Origin: a virus | UHGV virus genome: UHGV-0222911 | Reading direction: 5' to 3' (one strand) | DNA length: 64,000 bases | Shown: piece by piece, positions 53,491 to 63,281 of the stretch | Position numbering within the stretch: position 1 is the stretch's first letter | Layout of the letters: the number at the start of each line of letters is the position of its first letter | Made by a program: the position numbers and the translations under genes | Notes under the pieces: generated by a model | Seen by the model: only the letters and a program-made list of their open reading frames with translations | What the model was told of the DNA's origin: nothing | The model's database searches: none

Positions 53491-53566
53491 AGCGGTATAG
53501 CATAACTGGCAATGCAGCAGTCTCTGAAGCTGTCTTATTAAGGTTCAAATCCTTATGCCGCTGCCA
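53491..53566 (+). tRNA. tRNA-Gln (anticodon CUG)
   Basis: Acceptor AGCGGTA/TGCCGCT, D arm GCAT/ATGC, anticodon stem GCAGT/GCTGT loop CTCTGAA, T arm TAAGG-TTCAAAT-CCTTA, CCA. Confidence 0.65.
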
Positions 53567-53597
53567 CTTCTAAGGGTTCTTACGAGAGTCCTTAAAT

Positions 53598-53673
53598 GTG
53601 GCCTTATCATAAATGGTAATGACCCATGCTGTGAACATGGTCTATACGGGTTCAAATCCCGTAGGTCACCCCA
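53598..53673 (+). tRNA. tRNA-His (anticodon GUG)
   Basis: Acceptor GTGGCCT/AGGTCAC, D arm TCAT/ATGA, anticodon stem CCATG/CATGG loop CTGTGAA, T arm ACGGG-TTCAAAT-CCCGT, CCA. Confidence 0.7.
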
Positions 53674-53679
53674 ATTTAT

Positions 53680-53755
53680 AGTCCAAGTAGCTTATATGGT
53701 TAAAGCGCGTGTCTGAAAAACATGAGAAGAGGGTTCAAATCCCACTGGACTACCA
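53680..53755 (+). tRNA. tRNA-Phe (anticodon GAA)
   Basis: Acceptor TAGTCCA/TGGACTA, D arm GCTT/AAGC, anticodon stem CGTGT/ACATG loop CTGAAAA, T arm GAGGG-TTCAAAT-CCCAC. Confidence 0.6.
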
Positions 53756-53771
53756 ATTTCAAAGGTGCTTA

Positions 53772-54458
53772 ATGAAAGAGATGACAGAACAAGGTAAGGA
53801 GATTTTTAATCTCTTAAAAACTGGTAAAGGGTTTTCTAACCCCCTTATTACTGGTGCAGCAGTTCTCGGTGGAACCGTAGCTGCCTCTACATCACTTGTA
53901 AGCTCTATTAGCTCTGTATCAGACCCTACAGTAAAGGATAAGCTTGTTGCTGCTGGACTTACAACAGTTCTGCTTAACAGCTTTACCACGAGTCTGACAA
54001 GCACTACATCAACTACCAAAACACTGACAGATTACGGTCAAAAGTCCATTGATGAGTTTTCATCACGTATGCAGGTAGCAAAAGGTTATTCTAATGTTAT
54101 GGGTGCAGCAGGTGAACAAGTTGGCTGTACACCATTTAGTGGTATTATGGGTGTTGCTACAGAGTATGGTCAAAAAGCTATTGATACGATTAATAGTGCA
54201 CTAGACGGTGTTAATGATGTATTAAGTGACTTACAAGACGCTATTGACAAAGGTCTTGATACTATTTCTGATTTAGCTAACCAAGCTGTTAGTAAGATTA
54301 ATGAAGGTATCTCGAAGATTACAGCTTATGCAGATGAAGTTGTGCAGATGATTGAAGAAGAAGCTGCCCTTATTGCAGAGTACCTTAAAACGAATATCAA
54401 TGGGTTCTTAGCAGGTATCTACCAGACTGGTTTGATGATGCTTGTAAAACTGGTGTAA
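53772..54458 (+). CDS. hypothetical Ser/Thr-rich protein with N-terminal hydrophobic region
   Basis: Track ORF 53709.. overlaps tRNA-Phe; trimmed to MKEMTEQGKEIF; 228 aa. Confidence 0.4.
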   Translation: MKEMTEQGKEIFNLLKTGKGFSNPLITGAAVLGGTVAASTSLVSSISSVSDPTVKDKLVAAGLTTVLLNSFTTSLTSTTSTTKTLTDYGQKSIDEFSSRMQVAKGYSNVMGAAGEQVGCTPFSGIMGVATEYGQKAIDTINSALDGVNDVLSDLQDAIDKGLDTISDLANQAVSKINEGISKITAYADEVVQMIEEEAALIAEYLKTNINGFLAGIYQTGLMMLVKLV

Positions 54459-54507
54459 TTGACACTATTGCAACACCAGAAATGAAGAACGCATTACAGA
54501 AATAAAT

Positions 54508-54600
54508 GGAAGATTAACCCTAAAAGGTAAGGGAGCAGTTTGCTAAACTGCCAGTAGCTGAGAAATCGGTGTACCAGTTCAAGTCTGGTATCTTCCTCCA
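54508..54600 (+). tRNA. tRNA-Ser (anticodon GCU), long variable arm
   Basis: Perfect acceptor GGAAGAT/ATCTTCC, anticodon stem GCAGT/ACTGC loop TTGCTAA, 21-nt variable arm, T arm ACCAG-TTCAAGT-CTGGT, CCA. Confidence 0.65.
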
Positions 54601-54604
54601 ATTT

Positions 54605-54680
54605 GAATCCGTGACAGAAATGGCTATGTGCCTGTCTGCAAAACAGGTTTATAAGGGTTCGAGTCCCTTCGGATTCTCCA
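54605..54680 (+). tRNA. tRNA-Cys (anticodon GCA)
   Basis: Perfect acceptor GAATCCG/CGGATTC, anticodon stem CCTGT/ACAGG loop CTGCAAA, T arm AAGGG-TTCGAGT-CCCTT, CCA. Confidence 0.7.
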
Positions 54681-54719
54681 AGTTATTTTACTCTCTCTCT
54701 CAATTAAAATAATAATAAT

Positions 54720-54779
54720 GCCCTGCTATAAGTATTCTTCCTTTCGCTACCGAAGAGTATTTTTAGACAGGGCTTTTTT
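54720..54779 (+). terminator. long imperfect hairpin plus T6 closing the tRNA cluster
   Basis: GCCCTG ... CAGGGC outer stem followed by TTTTTT. Confidence 0.4.
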
Positions 54780-54844
54780 ACAGAGTTATACTTTATAAGA
54801 AGTCTTATACAGTATGTCTCTGACGTACATTGTGGTTTCTCCTT

Positions 54845-54867
54845 GACGGTCTCTGTACCGTCTTTTT
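54845..54867 (+). terminator. second terminator-like hairpin
   Basis: GACGG-TCTCTGT-ACCGTC followed by TTTTTT. Confidence 0.4.
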
Positions 54868-54904
54868 TAAGGGGAAACATGGTTAACTATTTGGAGAAAA
54901 CATA

Positions 54905-55105
54905 ATGAGCGAGACCGTTTATAAAGAACTTTATGAAGCTAATAAGAAGCTAGAATTTATGCAGAATACTATCATGGCAATTGCAGACAGATTATCTGTA
55001 GCAACAGGTATTGATATTAAAGAAGCATCTATGGATGCACTTCTTGATGCTGTTGATGCAAAGTTCGAAGTTAAGAAAGAAGAGACTGCTACAGACTCTG
55101 AATAA
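54905..55105 (+). CDS. hypothetical small protein upstream of large terminase
   Basis: 66 aa; position immediately 5' of the terminase gene. Confidence 0.3.
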   Translation: MSETVYKELYEANKKLEFMQNTIMAIADRLSVATGIDIKEASMDALLDAVDAKFEVKKEETATDSE

Positions 55106-55111
55106 TTCTAT

Positions 55112-56728
55112 TTGCGGAGGCGCTTAATGGACTTAAATGCTGTTAAGCAGAAGCGAGTGGAAGATGTTAGGAAAGTCCTAGCTGGAGAGTTGGGGCTTTC
55201 TGATGAAGTAAAAGAAATTATCAAATCATTCGGTAAAGACCCCTCTAAATTCCTTCCAACTCAAATTCTGACTTTATTAAGATACACACCAGACCAAGTT
55301 AGACTTATCTTCAAATTGATGACTGATAAGAACTATGTAGCCCCTCAGCCGGGTTCTCAAGAGGTCTTTTTAAATACTAATGCTGACTTGGTTCTCTATG
55401 GTGGTGCTGCGGGTGCTGGTAAGACTGCTGCATTGTTAATGGACTCTTTAAGGTTTATTGATGACCCTAATTATAATGCTGTATATTTCCGTCGAAATAC
55501 AACACAGCTACAAGGTGGTTTGTGGCCTGCTGCAAAGAAACTATTTGGTAAGTTTGGTGGGGTTCCTCACGAGCAGAAGATGACTATCACATTCCCTTCT
55601 GGGGCAACTATCAAGTTTACCTATCTAGAGCTTGAAAAGCACGCTGAAGGTCATCAGGGTATTGAGTATTCAGCTATTTACTTTGACGAAGGTACTCACT
55701 TCTCTGCTTCACAGATTTCATACCTACAGACCCGTCTGCGTTCTGGTGCTGAAGGTGACTCATACATGAAGATTTCTATGAACCCAGATAGAGACCACTT
55801 CATTTATGATTGGGTAGAACCCTTCTTAGATGAAGAAGGTTACCCAGACCCTGAGAAGTGCGGTCGTATTCGTTGGTATGTTATGAATGATGGTGTGATG
55901 GTTTCTGATTGGGAAAGAGACAAGATTCTTGAAATGTTCCCTCTTGAGATTCCTCAGACATACACCTTCATCTCTGGTACGATTGATGATAACCCAATTC
56001 TTGACTTCTTAGAACCTAAATATCGTGGTAAGTTGGAAAACAACACACCTGTAAACGTTGCAAGACTTCGTTTCGGTAACTGGAAGGCTCGCGCAGAAGG
56101 TTCAAACTATTGGCAAAGACAATGGTGTGAGATTGTTGATTCACTCCCAGAAGATGTGTTTGATGTCAGAGCATGGGACTTAGCAGCAACTTTACCATCT
56201 GAGATTAACCCTAATCCAGACTGGACAGCGGGTGTTAAGATGGGTAAATCTAAAAAAGACGGTTGCTATTATATCATTGATGTAGTAAGATTTAGAGATA
56301 GACCCTCTGGAGTCGAAACACAAATTAATTTGACTGCTGAAAGTGACGGTAAGCGAACTGGTATTTTTATCCCTCAAGACCCAGGCGCTGCTGGTAAATC
56401 CTATGCAACATCCCTCATCAGGAAACTTGCCGAGAAAGGTTATCGCGCAAGAGCTAAACCAACAAATAAAGATAAAGTTACCCGCTTTGCGGGATTTTCT
56501 GCTGCTTCTGAAGCTGGACTTGTAAAAGTCTTGAGAGGTAGTTGGAACGAAGCTTACTTTCAAGAACTTGAAGGTTTTTGTGGTGATGGTAAAACTAAAG
56601 ATGACCAAGTGGATGCTACCAGTGATGCTTTCAACAGTCTTAACGAAGTTAAATTATTCAAGCCACCATCAATGGGTGCTCACACAGACTTAGTGAGAGG
56701 AAACCCATATGAGGGGCTTAGACGTTGA
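55112..56728 (+). CDS. terL: terminase large subunit
   Basis: 538 aa; Walker A LYGGAAGAGKT, Walker B-like IYFDEGTH; C-terminal nuclease-like region; followed by portal gene. Confidence 0.8.
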   Translation: MRRRLMDLNAVKQKRVEDVRKVLAGELGLSDEVKEIIKSFGKDPSKFLPTQILTLLRYTPDQVRLIFKLMTDKNYVAPQPGSQEVFLNTNADLVLYGGAAGAGKTAALLMDSLRFIDDPNYNAVYFRRNTTQLQGGLWPAAKKLFGKFGGVPHEQKMTITFPSGATIKFTYLELEKHAEGHQGIEYSAIYFDEGTHFSASQISYLQTRLRSGAEGDSYMKISMNPDRDHFIYDWVEPFLDEEGYPDPEKCGRIRWYVMNDGVMVSDWERDKILEMFPLEIPQTYTFISGTIDDNPILDFLEPKYRGKLENNTPVNVARLRFGNWKARAEGSNYWQRQWCEIVDSLPEDVFDVRAWDLAATLPSEINPNPDWTAGVKMGKSKKDGCYYIIDVVRFRDRPSGVETQINLTAESDGKRTGIFIPQDPGAAGKSYATSLIRKLAEKGYRARAKPTNKDKVTRFAGFSAASEAGLVKVLRGSWNEAYFQELEGFCGDGKTKDDQVDATSDAFNSLNEVKLFKPPSMGAHTDLVRGNPYEGLRR

Positions 56729-56735
56729 TAGCTAG

Positions 56736-58211
56736 GTGAGAAGAATGGCAGATATTACAGAAACACAAGAAAGCTTACCACCATTTAGAATGGGTGAAGT
56801 AGGTTCTTTGGGTCTGAAGGTTAAGAATGGAAGAATCTATGAAGAACCTCGTCAGGCACTAAGGTTCCCTGAAAGTATTAAAACTTTCCAATTAATGATG
56901 CGTGACCCTGCTGTAGCAGCATCTGTAAATATTATTAAGATGTTTGTCAGAAAAGTCAACTGGAGATTCGTACCTCCAAAGGGAAAAGAGCAAGACCCTA
57001 AAATGCTTGAAAGAGCAGACTTCTTTAATTCTTTAATGGATGACATGGAGCATGATTGGGCAGATTTTATTAACTCTGTAATGTCATTCTGCACTTATGG
57101 GTTCTGTGTTAACGAAAAGGTTTATAAGAAACGTCAGGGTAAAAAAGGAAAGTACCAGTCAAAATTTGATGATGGTCTAATTGGGTGGGCTAAATTACCA
57201 ATCAGAAACCAGTCAACGCTTGATAAGTGGTATTTTGACGAAGACTTTAGAAAAGTTACTGGTGTTAGACAGAATCTGAGAAATGTTTCACATATTGCTG
57301 GAGCAATCAATCTCGGAGAAAGACCACTAACAAGAAAACTTCCACGAGCTAAATTCATGCTGTTTAAGTATGATGATGAGTATGGTAACCCAGAAGGTCG
57401 TTCACCATTACTTAATGCTTATGTACCGTGGAAATATAAAGTACAGATTGAAGAGTATGAAGCTGTTGGTGTTTCAAGAGACTTAGTAGGTATGCCAAAG
57501 ATTGGTTTACCACCAGACTATCTGGATGAAAATGCAGAGCCTGAAAAGAAAGCTTTCGTACAATACTGCAAAACTGTTGTTAATGACATGATTGCTAATG
57601 ACAGAGCAGGTTTAATCTGGCCTAGATATATCGACCCAGAAACTAAAGAGGATATCTTTGAGTTCTCATTAGTTTCTAGACAGGGTGCTAAAGCATATGA
57701 TACAGGTTCTATCATTGACAGATATTCCAAGCAAATTATGATGGCATTTATGTCAGATGTTCTTGCTATGGGTCAGTCAAAATATGGTTCATTCTCTCTT
57801 GCAGATTCTAAGACAAGCCTATTAGCAATGTCAGTAGATATTCTGCTGAAGCAAATTAAGAACGTAATTAACCGTGATTTAGTTGCACAGACTTATGCTC
57901 TTAATATGTGGGATGATGAAGAACATGTACAAATCACATACGATGATATCGAAACTCCAGACCTTGAAGCAATTGGTTCTTATATTCAGAAGACTGTTGC
58001 AGTAGGTGCTTTGGAAGTTGACAAAGAGCTATCTAACAAACTTAGAGAGCATATTGGTCTTCCTCCTGCTGATGAGTCTCAGCCAGTATCTGAAAAGCTT
58101 TCTCCAAATAGCCAAAGCCGTTCAGGAGATGGTTATAAGACCGCTGGAGAAGGTACTGCAAAGACACCTTCAGCGAAAGACCCAAGCACAGCAAATAAGG
58201 CAAATAAATAA
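56736..58211 (+). CDS. portal protein
   Basis: 491 aa ORF immediately downstream of terL, upstream of protease/scaffold and capsid genes; call rests on gene order and size. Confidence 0.6.
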   Translation: MRRMADITETQESLPPFRMGEVGSLGLKVKNGRIYEEPRQALRFPESIKTFQLMMRDPAVAASVNIIKMFVRKVNWRFVPPKGKEQDPKMLERADFFNSLMDDMEHDWADFINSVMSFCTYGFCVNEKVYKKRQGKKGKYQSKFDDGLIGWAKLPIRNQSTLDKWYFDEDFRKVTGVRQNLRNVSHIAGAINLGERPLTRKLPRAKFMLFKYDDEYGNPEGRSPLLNAYVPWKYKVQIEEYEAVGVSRDLVGMPKIGLPPDYLDENAEPEKKAFVQYCKTVVNDMIANDRAGLIWPRYIDPETKEDIFEFSLVSRQGAKAYDTGSIIDRYSKQIMMAFMSDVLAMGQSKYGSFSLADSKTSLLAMSVDILLKQIKNVINRDLVAQTYALNMWDDEEHVQITYDDIETPDLEAIGSYIQKTVAVGALEVDKELSNKLREHIGLPPADESQPVSEKLSPNSQSRSGDGYKTAGEGTAKTPSAKDPSTANKANK

Positions 58212-58711
58212 TGGCTGAAGTTATCTCTATTTCAAATGCTACACGAGTGCATTCGTATAGGGGTGTCCTTATCATCACTGATAAGTTATCTGTAGAGGCT
58301 GGCTCAAGGGTCAGCCTTTCAGGTTATGTTAGTGATGGTGGAGTCTCTGACGTTTTCACTATTTGCAGGTTACTTGATGCACCAATGAGTGGAAAACCGT
58401 TTATTTCAGGAAATTGTAGTGAAATTGTTAAAATTCCATTTGACAGTTCATGCCTTTTGGGTGTAAAGTTATATAACTGCGAGAATAAACGTGTCAATGT
58501 TAATAGCATTGAAGCCGCTTTCATTACCCTCGATACTGCATTTCAATCCCCAATGACAGTTAACAAAGAAACAAACAGACTTGAATACATTTTTTCACAA
58601 AATGATTACAAAGTACTTGTCAAAGGTAAAGTATATGATATGATTGTAAATGTGGTAGATGAATCTGGTAACCATTCAACAGTCCTTAAACAAAAAGTAA
58701 GGTTTAATTAA
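58211..58711 (+). CDS. hypothetical head-module protein
   Basis: 166 aa, start overlaps portal stop (ATGA-type). Confidence 0.35.
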   Translation: MAEVISISNATRVHSYRGVLIITDKLSVEAGSRVSLSGYVSDGGVSDVFTICRLLDAPMSGKPFISGNCSEIVKIPFDSSCLLGVKLYNCENKRVNVNSIEAAFITLDTAFQSPMTVNKETNRLEYIFSQNDYKVLVKGKVYDMIVNVVDESGNHSTVLKQKVRFN

Positions 58712-59043
58712 TGGGAACATTAACTATTGATGGTAAGAATAAAATCCTCGCCACGCTAACCCCAACGACTATTATTTTACACAATGTAGACCCAACGGCA
58801 GACCCTACAGCAAATAAGGTTACTCAGCCAGTGGCTATTTATTTTTCTGAACCGGATAATGGCTTAATTGCCTCAGAAGACACAGTTAATATTACTGTTC
58901 CAGCTTCTGCAACGGTCTCACACTATAGCTTGTGGGATGCTAACGATAAATGCGTGGCAACTGGTGCTCTTAGCAAACCTCAATTCTTTGCTGAAGAAGG
59001 TATCTATGTTATCTCTTCAGTCTCTGTAGATTTAAACAAATAG
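58711..59043 (+). CDS. hypothetical head-module protein
   Basis: 110 aa. Confidence 0.35.
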   Translation: MGTLTIDGKNKILATLTPTTIILHNVDPTADPTANKVTQPVAIYFSEPDNGLIASEDTVNITVPASATVSHYSLWDANDKCVATGALSKPQFFAEEGIYVISSVSVDLNK

Positions 59044-59054
59044 GGTGAGTAAAA

Positions 59055-60401
59055 ATGAGTTCGAATATCTTCAGACTTGCTGATAGATTATTCAACCAAC
59101 CTTTACTAGCCACTGAATCATTAGCTCACTCAGCAGCAACTTATGTGAATAACAGATTGCTGGGTGATGTCCAAGCAGCAGTAAACTTTGATAAACCCAA
59201 AGGTGAAGCAAGAAGTCTTTTAAAAGTAAAAGATGATATTGCTATTATTCCTATTATGGGTGGCTTAACCCATCGTATGACATTCATTGATGCAATGTGT
59301 ACAGGTGGTTTAAGCTCTTATGAAGGTTTACGCAGAGGCTTTGACGAAGCTTTAGCAGATGAGTCAATTAAGACTATTGTTCTGCACATCGATTCTGGTG
59401 GTGGTGAAGCTTCAGGTTGCTTTGAATTAGCACGTCACATTATGGCTTCAAGAGGCCAAAAGAAAATTATTGCTTATGTAGATGAGTTCGCTTGTTCCGC
59501 TGCATATGCTCTTGCATCTTCTGCTGAAGAAATTATTGCATCACCAGATGCAGATGTTGGTTCTATCGGTGTAATCATGGTTCATCAGGAATTAACTAAG
59601 GCATTTGAAAAGAATGGCGTAACAATTAACGTCATCAAAGCTGGTGAGTTTAAAGGTATGGGTTCACCATTCCAAGCACTTTCAGAAGAAAGCAAAGAAA
59701 GACTTCAAAAGAGAATTAATGATACCTACGCAACCTTTACAGGTTTTGTAGCTGAATCACGTAATATCTCTGAAGAAGCTGTAAAGAATACTGAGGCGAA
59801 TGTTTATTCTGCTCAGGAAGCTCTTGAACTTGGTTTAATTAACTCAATCATGTCTCAAGATGATTTCTTAAATTACTTACAAGGTTCTGAAGAGGCTCCT
59901 GTAAGTTTAAACGTTAACAATTCAGGTGAAGAAATGACTGAACAAGAAAAGCAAGAACTAGAAGCTTTGCGTCTTCAGGTTGCTCAAATGAAAGCTAAAG
60001 AACAGGAAGCTGCTTTGTCAGATTTGACTAATAAGATTTCTGCTTCTGCTGAAGCTTTTGGATTTGATGCAAAAGAAGCTGCAACGACTATTTTAGGTGC
60101 TGGTCTTGATAACCCTCTGAGTGTTCTGTTTATGAATGCTATGGAAGGTGCTAACCAGAAACTTAATGAAACTATCGCGTCCCATGCTTCTGCAATGGAA
60201 GAAAAAGAATCAGAAATTACCAAGCTGAAAGAAACTGCTGGTGCTGTTCTTGAACATTCCAACGCTATGGAAGAAGTGGGTAATGACGGCGAAGCTGATT
60301 TAGTTGAAGAAGAAAAAGAACCAGCTAAGAATGCTTCCGAAGACACCGCTGAACAACGCAAACTGGCTCTCCAGAATGCTCTAAAATCTCTTATCAAATA
60401 A
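59055..60401 (+). CDS. prohead protease (S49/ClpP-like fold) fused to C-terminal scaffold-like coiled-coil domain
   Basis: 448 aa; IAIIPIMGGL...VLHIDSGGGEASG...IAYVDEFACSAAYALAS peptidase-like N-half; C-half Glu/Ala/Lys-rich helical. Confidence 0.55.
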   Translation: MSSNIFRLADRLFNQPLLATESLAHSAATYVNNRLLGDVQAAVNFDKPKGEARSLLKVKDDIAIIPIMGGLTHRMTFIDAMCTGGLSSYEGLRRGFDEALADESIKTIVLHIDSGGGEASGCFELARHIMASRGQKKIIAYVDEFACSAAYALASSAEEIIASPDADVGSIGVIMVHQELTKAFEKNGVTINVIKAGEFKGMGSPFQALSEESKERLQKRINDTYATFTGFVAESRNISEEAVKNTEANVYSAQEALELGLINSIMSQDDFLNYLQGSEEAPVSLNVNNSGEEMTEQEKQELEALRLQVAQMKAKEQEAALSDLTNKISASAEAFGFDAKEAATTILGAGLDNPLSVLFMNAMEGANQKLNETIASHASAMEEKESEITKLKETAGAVLEHSNAMEEVGNDGEADLVEEEKEPAKNASEDTAEQRKLALQNALKSLIK

Positions 60402-60412
60402 GGAACACAATA

Positions 60413-60790
60413 ATGGCATATCAAGGTTTTACTAAGTTAGGTAAAAGAGAACCTCTGAATGATATCATTCTTTGGGAACAGGTTACCCCAACAGGCCACT
60501 CTCGTAAAGAGTACACCCCACAGGCATCTACAGAATATCGTGTAGGTGAAGTTCTGAAAGCAGATGGTACTAAAGTTGCAGCAGGGGAAGAAGCTCAGGC
60601 TGATTCTGTATGTATCGTTAACTTTTATGCAGACCTGCAACTGTCTTACCACGGTCAGTTGAAAGTTGTTGGTATTTACCGTGACGCAGAACTGAAAGAC
60701 ATGCTGACTCTTGAGTCTGGTGTTAATGCCGAGAGCGTCAAGACAGCTCTGGCTGCTAAAGGTATTGATTTCGTACCAACTGGCCTGTAA
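60413..60790 (+). CDS. hypothetical head protein (possible decoration protein)
   Basis: 125 aa between protease/scaffold and major capsid genes. Confidence 0.35.
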   Translation: MAYQGFTKLGKREPLNDIILWEQVTPTGHSRKEYTPQASTEYRVGEVLKADGTKVAAGEEAQADSVCIVNFYADLQLSYHGQLKVVGIYRDAELKDMLTLESGVNAESVKTALAAKGIDFVPTGL

Positions 60791-60823
60791 TAACAATAAT
60801 AAGACATTCTGGAGAATTTTACA

Positions 60824-61930
60824 ATGTTGACTAATTCTGAAAAAAGCAGATTTTTCCTTGCTGACCTGACTGGTGAAGTCCAGTCTATCCCAAATACTTA
60901 TGGGTATATTTCCAACTTAGGTCTGTTCCGTTCAGCACCAATCACCCAAACTACTTTCCTTATGGACTTGACTGATTGGGATGTTAGCTTGCTTGATGCG
61001 GTAGACCGTGATAGCCGTAAAGCAGAGACTAGCGCACCTGAGCGTGTTCGTCAAATCAGCTTCCCAATGATGTACTTCAAAGAAGTTGAAAGCATTACTC
61101 CTGATGAAATTCAGGGTGTACGTCAGCCAGGCACTGCAAACGAACTGACTACTGAAGCTGTAGTACGTGCTAAGAAGCTGATGAAGATTCGTACCAAGTT
61201 CGATATTACTCGTGAGTTCCTGTTTATGCAAGCTCTGAAGGGTAAAGTTGTTGATGCTCGTGGTACTCTGTATGCTGACCTGTACAAGCAGTTCGACGTT
61301 GAGAAGAAGACTGTTTACTTCGACCTTGACAACCCTAATGCTGACATCGACGCTTCTATTGAAGAACTGCGTATGCACATGGAAGACGAAGCTAAGACTG
61401 GCACTGTAATCAACGGTGAAGAAATTCACGTAGTTGTTGACCGTGTATTCTTCAGCAAGCTGACTAAACACCCTAAGATTCGTGATGCCTATCTTGCACA
61501 GCAGACCCCACTGGCTTGGCAACAGATTACTGGTTCTCTGAGAACTGGTGGTACTGACGGCGTTCAGGCTCACATGAACACTTTCTACTACGGTGGTGTT
61601 AAGTTTGTCCAGTACAACGGTAAGTTCAAAGACAAGCGTGGTAAGGTTCATACTCTGGTGAGCATTGATGGTGCTGGTGCAGAGGTTGGTGTAGGACACG
61701 CTTTCCCTAACGTTTCTATGCTGGGTGAAGCAAACAACATCTTCGAAGTGGCTTATGGCCCATGCCCTAAGATGGGTTACGCAAATACACTTGGTCAGGA
61801 ACTGTATGTATTCGAATACGAAAAAGACCGTGATGAAGGTATTGACTTCGAAGCTCACTCTTACATGCTGCCATACTGTACTCGTCCTCAGTTGCTGGTA
61901 GACGTTCGTTCTGACGCTAAAGACGAATAA
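60824..61930 (+). CDS. major capsid protein
   Basis: 368 aa ORF in canonical position after protease/scaffold; strong RBS; long antisense ORF on opposite strand is consistent with highly expressed gene codon bias. Confidence 0.6.
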   Translation: MLTNSEKSRFFLADLTGEVQSIPNTYGYISNLGLFRSAPITQTTFLMDLTDWDVSLLDAVDRDSRKAETSAPERVRQISFPMMYFKEVESITPDEIQGVRQPGTANELTTEAVVRAKKLMKIRTKFDITREFLFMQALKGKVVDARGTLYADLYKQFDVEKKTVYFDLDNPNADIDASIEELRMHMEDEAKTGTVINGEEIHVVVDRVFFSKLTKHPKIRDAYLAQQTPLAWQQITGSLRTGGTDGVQAHMNTFYYGGVKFVQYNGKFKDKRGKVHTLVSIDGAGAEVGVGHAFPNVSMLGEANNIFEVAYGPCPKMGYANTLGQELYVFEYEKDRDEGIDFEAHSYMLPYCTRPQLLVDVRSDAKDE

Positions 61931-61951
61931 TATTCTTAAGGAGGGTTATGA

Positions 61952-62401
61952 ATGTGTTATACAGGCGACCCAGCCAATAACCCTCTTGATAGAGTAAGAA
62001 TCCTCTGCACAGACACCAATAATGATGAAATTCTTATTGAACAGTCTGTGCTAGAGTGGTTCTATCTAGAATCTGGAAAGGATGAAAAGAAAGCAGCCAT
62101 CAAAGCTCTTAAATATTTACTCTTTCAAGTAGCCAAGATGGGAGATGAGAAGGTTGGTGGTGTTTATTTACGTAACTCTTCCAGATTCAAATCTCTGAAA
62201 GCTGTTTATGACGACCTTGTTAAAAGCTCTGTTTCAGGACTACCCTATGCAGGTGGTATTAATCAGTGCGACATTGATATGCGTCGTCAAAATCCTTGCT
62301 CTGTCAAGAAATACACAGAATATGGTGATGCTGCCAGATACGAAGGCAGAGATTACTGCAACCGTGTTAATGGCGTATTTATTATCGAGCGAGATGAATA
62401 A
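61952..62401 (+). CDS. hypothetical head-tail module protein
   Basis: 149 aa. Confidence 0.35.
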   Translation: MCYTGDPANNPLDRVRILCTDTNNDEILIEQSVLEWFYLESGKDEKKAAIKALKYLLFQVAKMGDEKVGGVYLRNSSRFKSLKAVYDDLVKSSVSGLPYAGGINQCDIDMRRQNPCSVKKYTEYGDAARYEGRDYCNRVNGVFIIERDE

Positions 62402-62883
62402 TGGTTAAAAGGGTTATTCACCCCGCTAGAGCAAAATTAGTCGGGGCTATGAAGAACTTGCAAACGGCTAATGCTCAAGTTGGGTATTTTCAAGAACAAG
62501 GTCAACATAGCTCTGGTTTTTCTTATCCTGCTTTAATGTATTTACAAGAAGTTATTGGGGTTCCATCAGCTTCTGGTAAAGTATATCGTAGGTTGTTTGA
62601 AATCACTATGATGCTAAACAGACAGACCTTGTTAGAGCAGACTAAGAAGAATCTATATAAGCAACTTAGCAGTCTCAACACAGACCCTTCAAATACCTTA
62701 GAAGCATTTGCAAAGAATGCTCAAAAGGCAATTAAAAGAGGTTTTGGTAATTCTGCTATCCTCCCTCCTAACGCACCTTCCACAGTCAAGAAAAAAGGCT
62801 TTAATGCACCTCTTGTTGAGACAGGTGACTTAAGGGATAACCTTGCTTATAAAATTTCTACTAAGAAGGGTATTAAAAAATGA
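62401..62883 (+). CDS. hypothetical head-tail module protein
   Basis: 160 aa, ATGA overlap with upstream. Confidence 0.35.
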   Translation: MVKRVIHPARAKLVGAMKNLQTANAQVGYFQEQGQHSSGFSYPALMYLQEVIGVPSASGKVYRRLFEITMMLNRQTLLEQTKKNLYKQLSSLNTDPSNTLEAFAKNAQKAIKRGFGNSAILPPNAPSTVKKKGFNAPLVETGDLRDNLAYKISTKKGIKK

Positions 62884-63281
62884 GACTCTTAAACAGACAC
62901 AGCTTTGTAGTAAAGCGCAAAGTCTCTGAAGATGGTTATTACAATGATGATGGTGATTGGGTAGCTTCACAAGATGTTGTAGAGGTTAACTGTAAAGGTA
63001 ATATCCAGCCATATATCAAAGGTTCTGTAAAGAATGGTACACAGATTGCTTTACCGGAAGGTATTAGACTTACTGATACAAGAATCCTGTATACCACATA
63101 TAAGCTTAGAACTTCAGATGATGTAGAGTGGAATGAGTCTGACATTGTTATGATTGATGGTCATGAGTATGAAGTATTTATGACTATGGATTGGTCACAG
63201 CAATTAGCCCATACGTCCCATTATGAATATATCATTATTAGAAGGGATAAAATGAATGCAGTTAGAAACAGCAGAACTTGA
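62880..63281 (+). CDS. hypothetical head-tail module protein
   Basis: 133 aa. Confidence 0.35.
   Translation: MRLLNRHSFVVKRKVSEDGYYNDDGDWVASQDVVEVNCKGNIQPYIKGSVKNGTQIALPEGIRLTDTRILYTTYKLRTSDDVEWNESDIVMIDGHEYEVFMTMDWSQQLAHTSHYEYIIIRRDKMNAVRNSRT

Noticed and set aside
59984-60796. Minus-strand track ORFs antisense to the protease/scaffold and 60413 genes
   Set aside because: Contained within plus-strand late genes in an otherwise unidirectional operon; compositionally biased translations.
60932-61858. 308-aa minus-strand track ORF antisense to the major capsid gene
   Set aside because: It is entirely contained within the plus-strand capsid ORF, which sits in canonical late-operon position; the antisense frame is serine/leucine-rich and low-complexity.
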